Of a stretch of 64,000 nucleotides of DNA, positions 12,780 to 24,392 are shown piece after piece. The notes under the pieces are model-generated. The model saw nothing but the letters and a program-made list of their open reading frames with translations. It had not been told where the DNA came from and made no database searches. Every line of letters begins with the position of its first letter. Position 1 is the first letter of the stretch. The DNA is from Anthoceros angustus. Its lineage: Eukaryota; Plantae; Anthocerotophyta. Where the stretch lies: the NCBI GenBank assembly GCA_010909165.1, contig VJWM01000044.1:930001-994000 (forward strand), read 5' to 3'. The position numbers were made by a program, and so were the translations under genes.

Positions 12780-13485
12780 CATGGATGATCTCGCGTTACG
12801 GAGGTCATTGAGGACAATGACATCTTCCCTGTGGGGAGAGAATGACCTGGTGAAATAAGGTAGAAAGGTGAAAAAGTTGAAAAAAGGTAAAAGCTAAGTT
12901 AGTAGGCGCCTAAGAAGATGCATGTGTTGCATGCTTCATGCAATCTCTTGTTAGAGAGGAATTGCTACAACCACAAATGAAGAGCTGCCTAGAGAGGACT
13001 CTTAGTGATTAGTGGTGTAAGAATCCCTAGATTTAACTGCCTAGTTAAATTAAAATTGCGGATATATAAGGGCTAGAGCAAGGGCTTTGAGGAACAAGTT
13101 AGACTCACTCTTTGAGAGAGCGAGGCAATCTTGAGATGCTTGTTTCAAAGGGGTCATGCTACTTTCAGGACCACAAGTGACCTCAAAGTTAAGGCCTAAG
13201 TATGGAGGACCTTTCGTAGTTTAAGCGCATTGGAAATGTGGCTTACAAACTATAGCTACTGAATGGATCTTCTCTCATAATGTGTTTCATGTCTCTTTCT
13301 TTGAAACCATTTGTGATTTCGAAGAGAATGAAGATATGAATAAGAAGGATTATGTCATCACGGTTCAACACAATCATGGCTGGAAATTGTTGAATTCTGG
13401 AGAGAAGCCTGTCGTGTAATGTAGTATCTGGTAAGGCTTTTGGTTATCGAGATCCTATGGTTTCACTTGAAGATGTGCAACAAGG
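12780..13485 (+). mobile_element. Gypsy A PPT, partial LTR and second integrase C-terminus copy
   Basis: 12851-13127 matches the LTR 5' half; about 13170-13485 matches about 765-1095. Confidence 0.8.
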
Positions 13486-13489
13486 AGAA

Positions 13490-14790
13490 CTCTCAGGAGA
13501 AATTAAGAGCCATGAGAGAGGGACTATTGTTTTCTTCAAGGATCTTTTATCGGCACTCGTGGAGAGAGATTCCTTTGTTCACCTACCACACCAACAACCT
13601 CGACAAGGATTCAAGCGAGTCTTATGACCACAACTTCAAGGCGTGGTGAATCAACATACAACACTTCAACTCACTTTATCGCGCTTCCATGGCTAGCAGC
13701 ACTTCCTCCCCTATGGGAGTACCGTTCTTCACCGACCAAATCAAAGAGAAGGATCGGCCGACCAACACTATCCGGTGTAGCGCGTGCGAATGAAATCCAT
13801 TTGATAGGTCGGCGTCTGGAAGGTCGTGGGCGGCACCTACTAAGCCGACCTCCACTTCCATCCCTCCACCCCAGCTGCGGATATAGGAAATGGGAGTACC
13901 TCAGGATAGTGGCACTCTGATCGGCGGACTCGACTCAAGCACGGTACGTGGAGTTCCTCACGGAGGCTTACGCCATATGGGACCAGCTATCAAACACGTA
14001 CAAGCGTTAACAATGTTCTAACCTTATGCGATTGTGCGGCGAATTCAACGCCCTCAAGATGAAGGTCGAGATCGGTGGCGGCTCACACATCTAAGTTCGG
14101 CGATTCGAGGCGGTGGCCTCTCTCGGCTCAACGATGGGGGCGCCGCCACTCAACTCCTAATGAGTTTCCGGTTCTTGACATTTCGTCACGAGATCGATGG
14201 CGACCAGCAGCTTTGCCTCAACCTCCTCTCGGCGGTGGAGGACATTATTGGTGCTCAGTCGGCGGGGAGCAGGCGCCTGGTTCTGCGAGGGTCCAAGCCC
14301 GATCAGGGCGCTTTCCACCCACTTCAAGCTCGAGGATTCGAAGGGCAAGGCAAACTTCACTAAAGTGACTTGAGATAGGCGGACAACATTGCGATCAAAG
14401 GGCGTAACAGCGGAGAAAAACCGTAAAGATACTTATGGTTTGCCTCAACAAGTTGCATCGGGATGCGGGTGGTATATCACGGACTGATGGAGCCACCACG
14501 TATGCAACGCTCATGCTCTATTCACCAAGCTGGACACTTGCCCTCTGGAGGAAGGAGCGTTACTTGGTGATGAACAGAGCAGAACCAACCTGCCAATCAT
14601 GGGACAAAGCACTTGCGAACTTCCTCTGAAGGATGGTTCGGCACTTACCTTGGAGCCTGTGCTCCTCGTCCCACAAATGGGCAAAAACCTGGTTTCCATG
14701 ACTCAGCTGCTGAAGCAAGGCGATCTTGAGATGCTTGTTTCAAGGGGGTCATGCTACTTTTTCAGGACCACAAGTCGACTTGTGCCTATG
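13490..14790 (+). mobile_element. Element C internal region: copia gag (UBN2-type) and protease region, degenerate
   Basis: Copies read NYPV-VRMKSILIGRRLEG (clearest in the 21870-22620 copy), DGATTY and GQSTCELPLKDGSALTLEPVLLVPQMGKNLVSMTQL, typical copia gag and protease-adjacent motifs. Confidence 0.8.
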
Positions 14791-14795
14791 CGTAC

Positions 14796-15022
14796 CTCAA
14801 GGAGGTGGCCTGCAGTCGTCAGTGGACGGCGGGCTACTTGGAGCCTAGTGCTGTGTTGCTTGGAGCCTAGTGCTGTGTTGCTTGGAGCCTAGTGCTGTGT
14901 TGTGAGGTTGAGAGTGCTGAGAATCGAGCAAGTCTCTTGTGGAGTGAATTGGCGAGGTTCTAGACCACTGGGAAGCCAACACTTGTCGCTTCCTTACTGG
15001 CTGTGCAGCGAGGGGTGTTACT
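14796..15022 (+). mobile_element. 3' part of gypsy A LTR abutting RPS10 upstream region
   Basis: Matches about 2535-2754 including the 3 x 22-bp repeat. Confidence 0.8.
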
Positions 15023-15324
15023 CTATGCCCCAAGGGACACATGTTTTCCATCTTTTAGGCGGAGTTCTAGCTTGGTGGACCGAGCCGCTCGTCGGGGTGG
15101 CCTTCTCGCTAACTTATACGCTGCCTATATATTTCCTTAGACGGTATTATTTTCTTAGGCTTGTATATTACCTTAGACGCTATTAATTTCTTAGGGCACC
15201 CATATGAGCACCTGTGCTCTCCAGGTTCTTTCTTTTCGGAGGCTTGGCTGCGGTCGCCTCTGTCACCATCGTTTGGACGCTTGAGTGTTGGCTCGATTCC
15301 ATCTGCTGCCGGGAATCTGTGAAG

Positions 15325-15912
15325 ATGGTGAGCACGCCCGCCTAAATTTTGCGTCTTGCTTTTTTTTTTTCTTGTGTTGGATCACTTGTGGACTGACGGT
15401 GGAGCACAATATGTTCTCGGCTGCAGTTGATTCCGAAGAAGAACCGGGTGGAGGTGTACAAGTACCTCTTCAAAGGTTCAGCTTGGTGCACGGTTTTGCG
15501 GAGTAGAGAGAGTCGTGTATGTGTGTGGAACGCGAGTTTGGTGCTGATTTGCTATGGTGACCGTGTGCAGAGGGTGTTCTGTATGCCAAGAAGGACTTTA
15601 ATGCTCCCAAGCATCCGGAGATCGAAGTCCCGAATCTGCAGGTATTTTTGCAGTTCGATGTGCTGAAAGCTGTATCCAGGCCTTTCGCACACCTGCGGCT
15701 GCCCTAATCATTGGTGCTGCAGGTCATCAAGTTGATGCAGAGCTTCAAATCTAAGGAGTACGTGAAGGAGTCTTTTGCGTGGAGGCATTACTACTGGTAC
15801 CTGACGAACGATGGAATTGAGTATCTTCGGACTTACCTGAACTTGCCATCGGAGATCGTCCCTGCTACCTTGAAAAGTCTGCTCGTCCGCCAAGCAGGCC
15901 CATGGGACCTCC
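15325..15912 (+). pseudogene. RPS10: RPS10 5' copy (exons 1-4), truncated in exon 4
   Basis: ATG|GT at 15325 and exons 2-4 as in the intact copy; breaks at GGACCTCCTC into element B-associated sequence. Confidence 0.85.
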
Positions 15913-15914
15913 TC

Positions 15915-18900
15915 GGCGGTCTTGCCGGGCCTCTCCGTCCAGGCTCTACACGCCCCTCGGAGTTCCTCGCTCACCGTTAAGTCCGTCCAGGCAGGGTCCT
16001 TGCTCGGGAGCAAGGGTCTCGCCCACTTCCACACACACCACCGTTGGGGTCCGTCACGGGACCTTGATCGATCTCTCGGGTGTCGGCTGCTTTCGATGGT
16101 GGGACTCACGTTAACAAGAAAACACGCAAAGGGCTGCAAGAAGCAGCATCAACACCAAGAAAGATACTTTAGAAGCTCGGCCCTCTTATATACTCACGCG
16201 AAGGTCACCGTCTTTATTACACCCCTATTACAGTGATGGCATTTCGGTGTGCCTAATCGGCCGCCTACCATCTTACGCCCCTCCCCTATCTCCGTCGTCG
16301 GTGGGCACGAGATATATGCCCTTAGTTCGCCTCGGCGCCCATTACTCGCCCTGGCTATGCAGGCGCCCCAATCGGATGATCCGCGAGACCCTTCCCTTCG
16401 AGACCACAACCAGTTGCTCTGGTCTTTCGGTGGTAACCACCACATCTTCCTCCGTGGCCCTTGAGTGGGTCCCCTCCCAATAAGACCACCATTGATTGTT
16501 CCTGCGTGAGTCGGAGGGTCCCCTCACCTCCCCAGTCGGACCTCGGGAGTCGGTCTCGGCTCAGTCCGAACTTGGGGTTCGGACTTATTTCAGTCCGTCT
16601 TCAGTCGGTCTCATCTCTGGGGTTCGGACCTCGAGGTCCGAACTTATTACCAGGGTCCGGTCCTCAAGTCCGGGACCCCCAACCTCCGGACCACCCTCTT
16701 GTTGGGGTCCGTCCACCGGCTCCTTCCATGGCTCGGATCCGTTGGTTTCCTCCTTCCTCACCTCCTTCGGGACCCTCGTCCCTACCCTCCCTGATTGGTT
16801 GCGGCTGTCTTACCTCTAGGTCGGTTGTGTTGGCGCGTCTCTCTTGGGCTCTTCTCCGCGTCCCAAACAAGGCCACCAAGGCCCCGTCTTCATCCCCATG
16901 CCCTTCTTGGAGCCTTGGGAGGTTCATCCGATTCACGGTGGGCGGAAGCTTCAATGCCTTGAGGAGCTCGGCGTGGTAGTAGGCGAAATCCGAGTCGATT
17001 CATGGATTGCCTCTTCCACATCGCCGGGCACCGTACTCCCGCCATAGGTGCTGGAGGCGGCGTCTTTGTCCGGCTTGCAGTCCGTCTCCCACAGGTTTGT
17101 CGGTGGGCCGGCGAGTCTCGCGAGGCCACAGGAGGCCTCTATTACCTCCTGCAATCGCTGATGCTCTGCTCCGGCTCCGTCGTTTCGCTCATTGCCACTT
17201 ACGCCATGGCACACGTTCCCCTCACTCTCCATAGCTGGACGATTTCTTATGCATCCAGGCTCCTCCTCCGTTCATTCGCACTGGAGCTCCGCCATCTCTC
17301 TTTCCAAGCGGTCAGCGGTTCGATTCCGCGCTTCATCGAGTTCTTCTCCATCTCGGTGGCGTCCTGCTCCTTGTTTTGTTGACCTAATCTCCTTCTGCAT
17401 CTGTAGTTGCTTACTTGGGCTCCCGTGTGATGCCTGTGGCAGGGCCCTCCGCGATTTGGTGATGGCGAGAGGAAGGCTACTGCAGGGCCCTCCTCGAGGA
17501 CCTGGAGGTTTTGACAAGGGTGGAGCTCCAGGGGAATACCGTCCGGAATTCCGCGGGTATGTAATGGATCCGGAGGTCCTCAGCAGTTTTCGTGACTGCT
17601 GCTCCTTGTCACTCGATGACAGCGTTTGTTTTGTTGTGTCAGGGTGGAAGAGGAGGGGCTTTGGCCGAGGCGGCGGTGGTTTTGGTGGTTCAGCACCTTC
17701 GTTGGAGTAGATTCCTTCAGTGTGCAATTTTGATTAGGTGTTGACGAGCCGTAGATGTTTCACGATCTCATTATTGTCCTGGACACGCAAAGTGTTCAGA
17801 TGATCAAGGGCTATCGGATAGAAATTTGGATGGATTGTGTTATTCCAATGTAACGAGCAATGGAGATCAAAAACAAAATTCGGGCATTGATGCAGTTCCC
17901 ACTGTTTTTCATACCTGGCATTCTCGAAAGAGCAGGCCACTTTTTACCTGACAACACAAAGCCGGATGGTAGAACATAAATCCTCATGAAGTGGGCAGTG
18001 CAATTGACCGGAATTTTGCTTCATGTCCGCACACGAACCAGCTTACAGATGTGCAGTACCGTCGGAAGGCATCAGATGAACTCCTCCCAGCTCTGCCTCT
18101 TCACCATCTAATTTAGCGCATTGCAATAGGCAGTATGCCTATGCTTATTCTGATGCTGACAGCCCAAATTTCAGTGCCATAATTTCCATGGGAGCCAAGG
18201 TTCTTTTACCGGTAGCACCCCCCGTAACCTTCCTGGCACTGCGCTACCTATGTATTGGAACTGTACTGGAACTGAGAGATATATCATCGTGCAGTAGCGT
18301 TAGCGAAGTGCTTCGCTAAGGTCATAATTCCTACAATTCGTAAGGTCATAATTCCTAAATCCGTCTAGGACGCTTAGCTTAGGGCCGGTGCACACCGAGG
18401 GCCCCCGGCCAGTTCATACCCAGGCCCCGTCTTCATCCCCATGCCCTTCTTGGAGCCTTGGGAGGTTCATCCGATTCACGGTGGGCGGAAGCTTCAATGC
18501 CTTGAGGAGCTCGGCGTGGTAGTAGGCGAAATCCGAGTCGATTCATGGATTGCCTCTTCCACATCGCCGGGCACCGTACTCCCGCCATAGGTGCTGGAGG
18601 CGGCGTCTTTGTCCGGCTTGCAGTCCGTCTCCCACAGGTTTGTCGGTGGGCCGGCGAGTCTCGCGAGGCCACAGGAGGCCTCTATTACCTCCTGCAATCG
18701 CTGATGCTCTGCTCCGGCTCCGTCGTTTCGCTCATTGCCACTTACGCCATGGCACACGTTCCCCTCAGCTCTCCATAGCTGGACGATTTCTTATGCATCC
18801 AGGCTCCTCCTCCGTTCATTCGCACTGGAGCTCCGCCATCTCTTTCCAGCGGTCAGCGGTTCGATTCCGCGCTTCATCGAGTTCTTCTCCATCTCGGTGG

Positions 18901-19905
18901 CGTCCTGCTCCTTGTTCCATGTACCTCCTCGGTCCGCGGTAAAGGCGCTCTATCTCGCTCGTGATCCGCGATCACGCCCGTGAAACCCGCAGCTCGATTG
19001 TCTCTTGGGCTGCGGCTCAAGGTTTCCTGATCTTCCATCTCCGCTGCTCTTCCACTTTGCAAGCGAGTCAGGAGATCCTCCATCTCCTTATTCTGGCCTC
19101 CTTCTCTCTACCCGGCTGACCTTTGCTCGCCTCCTCTTGTTCCGCCTTGAGGCTAGTGGCGGTCCTGCCGTCTCCCTCCAGGTCGATCCCTCAGTAGTGA
19201 TCACGGTCGGTTTTAGCACTTCCGCCTCGCCCGCCTTCACCCTGGGCCTCCGTGGCTTGGTATTGTTCCGCCCTAGCCGCCTCGACGTCCCTCCGCTTGC
19301 CCTCGGCCTCCTCGCTTCCATGCTACCTCCCCTCCTGCAGAGGTCCTTTGCCGTGCTTGGGCCTCTGTCGTGCTTGATTGTTCACTGGCGGGGACCTTAG
19401 TGCAGTCTGCCAAATGGACCAGACCTCCCGTTCTGCCTCCCGGCGCTTTCCCTCCTCAATTCGCGCGAGGGATTCGCTTTCTTCTTGCCTCACAGGCCGC
19501 CTCCATCTGCTCCGGAGGAGCACCATCGCCTCCTTGTTGCCTCCACCTCACAGGTCTTTCTCGCCATCCCACGAGACCCCAGGCATACCGTCCATGGTAG
19601 CCAAAACCCGCCATGTCTCTTCCACGGGCACCGGTGAGGCACCCAAAATCCGTCGTGATCTTGGGGCATCTCCCGATCCGCCAAGGACCGCCAGCCTGCC
19701 AGTGCAGGCGAGTCCGGGTGGGCTCTTGGACCTAATCAGGACCCTTAGGTCACAGTCTTTAGTCACGGCCTCACCTTCCTTGGCCCTCTTGGCGCGCCCT
19801 CTTCTTTCTCGGGGCTCGAGGGGGTGAGGAGTTGGAGCTAAGCGTTTCCTCTCCGGTAACCTTCAACGACTCCCAGGAGGTTGGTACTCCCCATCAAGTC
19901 TCTCG
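15915..19905 (-). mobile_element. GC-rich segment associated with element B (low-complexity minus-strand ORF plus LTR-like part), interrupted by RPS10 3' half at 17370-18425
   Basis: Repeated at 24393-27440; minus-strand TATA-like TATATAAGAGGGC near 16180; continuous with the protease/MTase segment at its right end. Confidence 0.5.
17370..17710 (+). pseudogene. RPS10: RPS10 3' copy (intron 4, exons 5-6)
   Basis: [24 protein letters not shown] and [13 protein letters not shown] plus a 3' flank identical to that after 6637. Confidence 0.85.
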
Positions 19906-19914
19906 GCCCACTGA

Positions 19915-20590
19915 CACAATCCTCTTGCTAGGATTTTAACATGGTATCGAGTTACCACCAAACCACGACTGCGGCCCTAGAAAGGTGAAGCCACGTACCT
20001 TACAAAACCAAGAGAAGAAAGCCCCAGCGGGGAGAGAAACCACAAAGAAAGGAAAAAAAAAAAAGAAAAGAAAAGAAGACACAACAAGGGAGAACTCTCA
20101 CAGGAGAAATTAAGAGCCAGTAAGAGAGGGACTATTGTTTTCTTCAAGGATCTTTTGTCGGCACTCGTGGAGGAGAGATTCCTTTGTTCACCTACCACAC
20201 CAACAACCTACGACAAGGATTCAAGCGAGTCTTATGACCACAACTTCAAGGCGTGGTGAATCAACATACAACACTTCAACTTTTCGCGTTCCTACCGCTT
20301 CCCAGCGCCTCCCCTATGGGAGTAGTACCGTTCTTCACCGACCAAATCAAAGAGAAGGATCGATTCGGCCAACACTATCCGGTGTACGTGCGAATGAAAT
20401 CCATTTGATAGGTCGGCGTCTGGAAGGTCGTGGCGGCACCTACCCCAAGCCGACCTCACTTCCATCCTCCACCCCAGCTGCGGATATAGGAAATGGGAGT
20501 ACCTCAGCGGGATAGGCCGGGCACTCGTCGGACTCGACTCAAGCACGGGTGCCCGGCGTGGAGTTCCTCACGGAGGCTTACGCCATATGG
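19915..20590 (+). mobile_element. Element C LTR end, PBS, leader and gag copy
   Basis: GGATTTTAACA TGGTATCGAG with PBS at 19942; gag matches about 13530-13980. Confidence 0.8.
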
Positions 20591-20690
20591 GTCGTTGTAG
20601 TAAGGAGGTCCGTTCCCAAGAGAATGATAGGCTCTGTTGGCCCACGTTTCAAGCGTTTCTCACCTCACGTGGTACCCGTCTTAGACTCCG

Positions 20691-20919
20691 TGTTACGAAA
20701 CAATTAATCTGTCCGTAACCCTACCGTCGTCTAGTTACCGTAGACCGTAATTAATAGTATTTAGTAATTACGAACGGGTGTGCCTCTTCGGAAGAGACAC
20801 CCACAGACACTATTTAAGACACACTTTGTACACATTTTAGAGAGCCAATTCAACACGAAATATCTTTGTGAACATAGCATCTCGATCATGCTAGACTAGA
20901 TGTAAGAGATGCACAATCC
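20691..20919 (+). mobile_element. Element C LTR copy, 3'-truncated
   Basis: CTCCG|TGTTACGAAAC start; switches to element B at ACAATCCT. Confidence 0.8.
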
Positions 20920-20920
20920 T

Positions 20921-21866
20921 TGCTTTTGGATCCGGGTCACAATGCACGTATCTTCGCACTTTGATGCCACACTTTATGCCGCTTCAAGCGGTCTTGATGC
21001 CTCCAAAGAGTTCCACGAGCACTATGCCGTCTTCCAGGTCGCCATGTGATGACACAGGTGTTTAGGTCACAAGCAGGCTCAACCCTAGGCAGAACTTACA
21101 GTTCTCGGCTCATAGGACCTTGGTCCTCTTGCACCATCCTCCAGCTTTTGCACGGCTCATTCTGCGATCACCAGCTCCGTCCGGTGACTTGAAGAACCTC
21201 CTCAGGGTGGTTGCAACCCTAGCTTGTTTCCTCCTCCTCGTCAAAATCCTCCATCGTCATTGCGGTTGTTAGACACAAGAGGTTCAAGCACGTATGGCGT
21301 GTCCTTCACTCTGCCAAAACCTTTGGGTAGGTAGGTGAGGTTCTCATGATCCTTGCCATGCATGCGAGAGGGATGCGGGCAATCCGTTCATCGGTTTTGC
21401 TCCAGCTTCTCGGCTGATCGATAGTATCTCCGTCCACAAATCCACCATGACTCGAGGTTTGTACAAAGCGTCCGCTCCAAGACATCAAAGTGTCGCATCG
21501 GTGACCAGCGGTGTACCTCGACAAAGGTGAAGTCTGCTGTTCTTGGTTTGAATGAAACCTTCAGCTTGTACCTTGTCACCCCCAACACATGCTCGTGGTC
21601 CCAGTGCGATGCGGATCTTCCACTTGGTTTCCTTCAACCTTTCTTGGTGGAGACCCAACGCTTCCTTCACTCTTCTTCCAACGATCACCGGGCTGCTCGG
21701 TGTCAATCAACACCCTCCTTGGTGCGAATCCATTGATTTCAATGTGCCTCTCCCGATTGTTGACCAAAGCCACTCCCACTCGTGCTTCGCTTCCACCGAG
21801 ATGCTTGGCTCGGTCAATGACATCATTGCCACTGTTGTGGCACATTGGACACTTGCCCGTCTTCAA
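20921..21866 (-). mobile_element. Element B pol fragment, copy 1: aspartic protease followed by C5-cytosine methyltransferase N-terminal motifs
   Basis: Minus strand reads RRVLIDT-QPVIVG, LGADALYK, then EDGIVLVELFGGIKT-(fs)-KCGIKVRRYVHCDPDPKA. Confidence 0.7.
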
Positions 21867-21869
21867 GGA

Positions 21870-22620
21870 TCTTTGTCGGCACTCGTGGAGGAGAGATTCC
21901 TTTGTTCACCTACCACACCAACAACCTCGACAAGGATTCAAGCGAGTCTTATGACCACAACTTCAAGGCGTGGTGAATCAACATACAACACTTCAACTTT
22001 TCGCGTTCCTACCGCTTCCCAGCGCCTCCCTATGGGAGTAGTACCGTTCTTCACCGACCAAATCAAAGAGAAGGATCGATTCGGCCAACACTATCCGGTG
22101 TACGTGCGAATGAAATCCATTTGATAGGTCGGCGTCTGGAAGGTCGTGGCGGCACCTACCCCAAGCCGACCTCACTTCCATCCTCCACCCCAGCTGCGGA
22201 TATAGGAAATGGGAGTACCTCAGCGGGATAGGCCGGGCACTCGTCGGACTCGACTCAAGCACGGGTGCCCGGCGTGGAGTTCCTCACGGAGGCTTACGCC
22301 ATATGGGACCAGCTATCAAACACGTACAGCGTTAACAATGTTCTAACCTTATGCGATTGTGCGGCGAATTCAACGCCCTCAAGATGAAGAGTCGGATCTG
22401 GTGGCGGCTCACACATCTAAGTTCGGCGATTGCGAGGCGGTGGCCTCTCTCGGCTCAACGATGGCCCGGTAGCGCCACTCAACTCTAATGAGTTTCCGGT
22501 TCTTGACATTTCGTCCGGACTGATCTTGATGGCGACCAGCGCCACCGCTCAACCTCCTCTCGGCGGTGGAGGACATTATTGGTGCTCATCGGCGGGGAGC
22601 AGGCCGCTGGTCTGCGGGAG
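21870..22620 (+). mobile_element. Element C gag copy
   Basis: Matches about 13545-14310; FFTDQIKEKDRFGQHYPVYVRMKSI. Confidence 0.8.
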
Positions 22621-22699
22621 GGTCCAAGCCCGATCAGGCAGGCGCTTTCCTCCTCGACCCGGCGAGGGGTTCATTCTTCGCCTCCTGGGCCAGCCTGCG

Positions 22700-23985
22700 T
22701 CTCACGGAGGAGCACCATGCGCCTCATTGTTGCCTCCCTGGAGTCTTTTCTTGCCATCCAGAGACCCCAGGGCCATCGTCAGTAGCCCATAGCCAGCTGT
22801 ATGTGTCTCTTCCACGGCCGGCCCTGGTGAGGCACCCAAAAGTCCGTCGTCGATGCGGGCATCTAGTGTCCAGCAGGACCGCCATCACCAAGCAGGCGGT
22901 CACTGAGTCTTGGACCTAATCAGGACCCTTAGGTCCACAGTCTTTGAGTCACGGAGCCTCACCTTGGCCCTCTTGGCCGCGCCTCTTCTCCTCGGGGGCT
23001 CGAGGGGGTGAGGAGTTGGAGCTAAGCGTTTCTCCCTAGGTAACCCTTCACCGACTCGTGAGGTTAGGGGTACTCTCATCAAGTCTCTTACGCTTCCCCA
23101 ACTGCTTTTGGATCCGGGTCACATGCACGATATCTTACTTTGATGCCATTCTGCTTGTTTACACTTGGCCGTCGATGTTTCCAAAGAGTCTACAGCACTG
23201 TGCCGCCTTCAGGTCGTATTGAGTGATGACACAAGGTGTTTAGGTCACAAAGCAAAGGCTCAACCTAGGCAAGAACTTTCAGCCCGAGGCTCACAGGATG
23301 ATTATCTTGCAATCCTCCACAGCCTTTTTGCACGGCATTTCATTCGTGCGATCCACATTTCAGTTGACTTGAAGAACCTCCTCAGGGTGGTTGCAACCCT
23401 AGCTTGTCTTCCTCATCATCAAAATCCCTTGTAGTTAGTTGCGGTTGTTAGACACACGCCAAGAGGTTCAAAGCATTATTTCTTGACCATGATGCCAAAA
23501 AACGGCGCGGGTAGACGTCCTGTGTGCAATGAGGTTCTCATGATTTTGCCATGCAACTGGAAGGGATGGCAAGCGATCAGTTCTGTTTTGCTCCACTTCT
23601 CGACCTGATCCGATAGTAGACATCACCAAATCCATGACTTGTGTTTGTACAAAGCGTCTGCTCGGAAGACATCAAAAGTATCTGCGTCGATTGCCAAAGC
23701 AGTGTACTGACAAAGGCGGTGAACCTGTACATTGCGTTTGAATGAACCTTGACCAACCTTGTCACCCCAACACATCTCCGTGGTCCGGTATGATGCGGAT
23801 CTTCCACTTGGTTTCCTTCCATTTTCTTGGTGGAGACCCAACGCTTCCTTCTTCTTCTTCAACGATCTGCCGTATGTGCTCGGTGTCAAGGTAACCTTTA
23901 TGCTGATGCGAATCCATTGATTTCAATGTGCCTCTCTTGATTGTTGACCAAAGCCGCTCCCCACTGCAGGTTGCTTCCACGGAGA
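22700..23985 (-). mobile_element. Element B pol fragment, copy 2 (noisier)
   Basis: Homologous to 20921-21800 and 28280-29290; MTase motif I degraded to LFGNIDG. Confidence 0.65.
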
Positions 23986-24145
23986 TGCTTGTTTCAAGGG
24001 GTCATGCTACTTTCAGGACCACAAGTCGACTTGTGATTCGTCTTCTCAGGCCGCTGGCCGTTCATTACCCTTGAGGGGGCGCGCACCATAGAGGCGTCGC
24101 GCTCCATGGGAGATAGCCTCCACTCATTGAGTTCGTCGGCTAGAG

Positions 24146-24387
24146 TGTTACGAAACAATTAATCGTAACCCTACCGTCATCTAGTTACCGTAGACCGTAA
24201 TTAATAGTATTTAGTAATTACGAACGGGTGTGCCTCTTCGGAAGAGACACCCGCAGACACTATTTAAGACACACTTTGTACACATTTTAGAGAGCCAATT
24301 CAACACGAAATATCTTTGTGAACATAGCATCTCGATCATGCTAGACTAGATGTAAGAGATGCAAATCCTACTGCTAGGATTTTAACA
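24146..24387 (+). mobile_element. 3' LTR of element C with target-site duplication
   Basis: TGTTA...TAACA followed by CTCCG at 24388-24392, matching the 5-mer before the 5' LTR copies; no PBS follows. Confidence 0.85.
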
Positions 24388-24392
24388 CTCCG

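Noticed and set aside
20921-21050. MTase motif as part of a host DRM/DNMT3 gene fragment or bacterial contamination
   Set aside because: No introns or host-type flanking domains are seen; the motif is collinear and on the same strand as a retroelement protease in all three copies. Phylogeny is still needed to exclude this fully.
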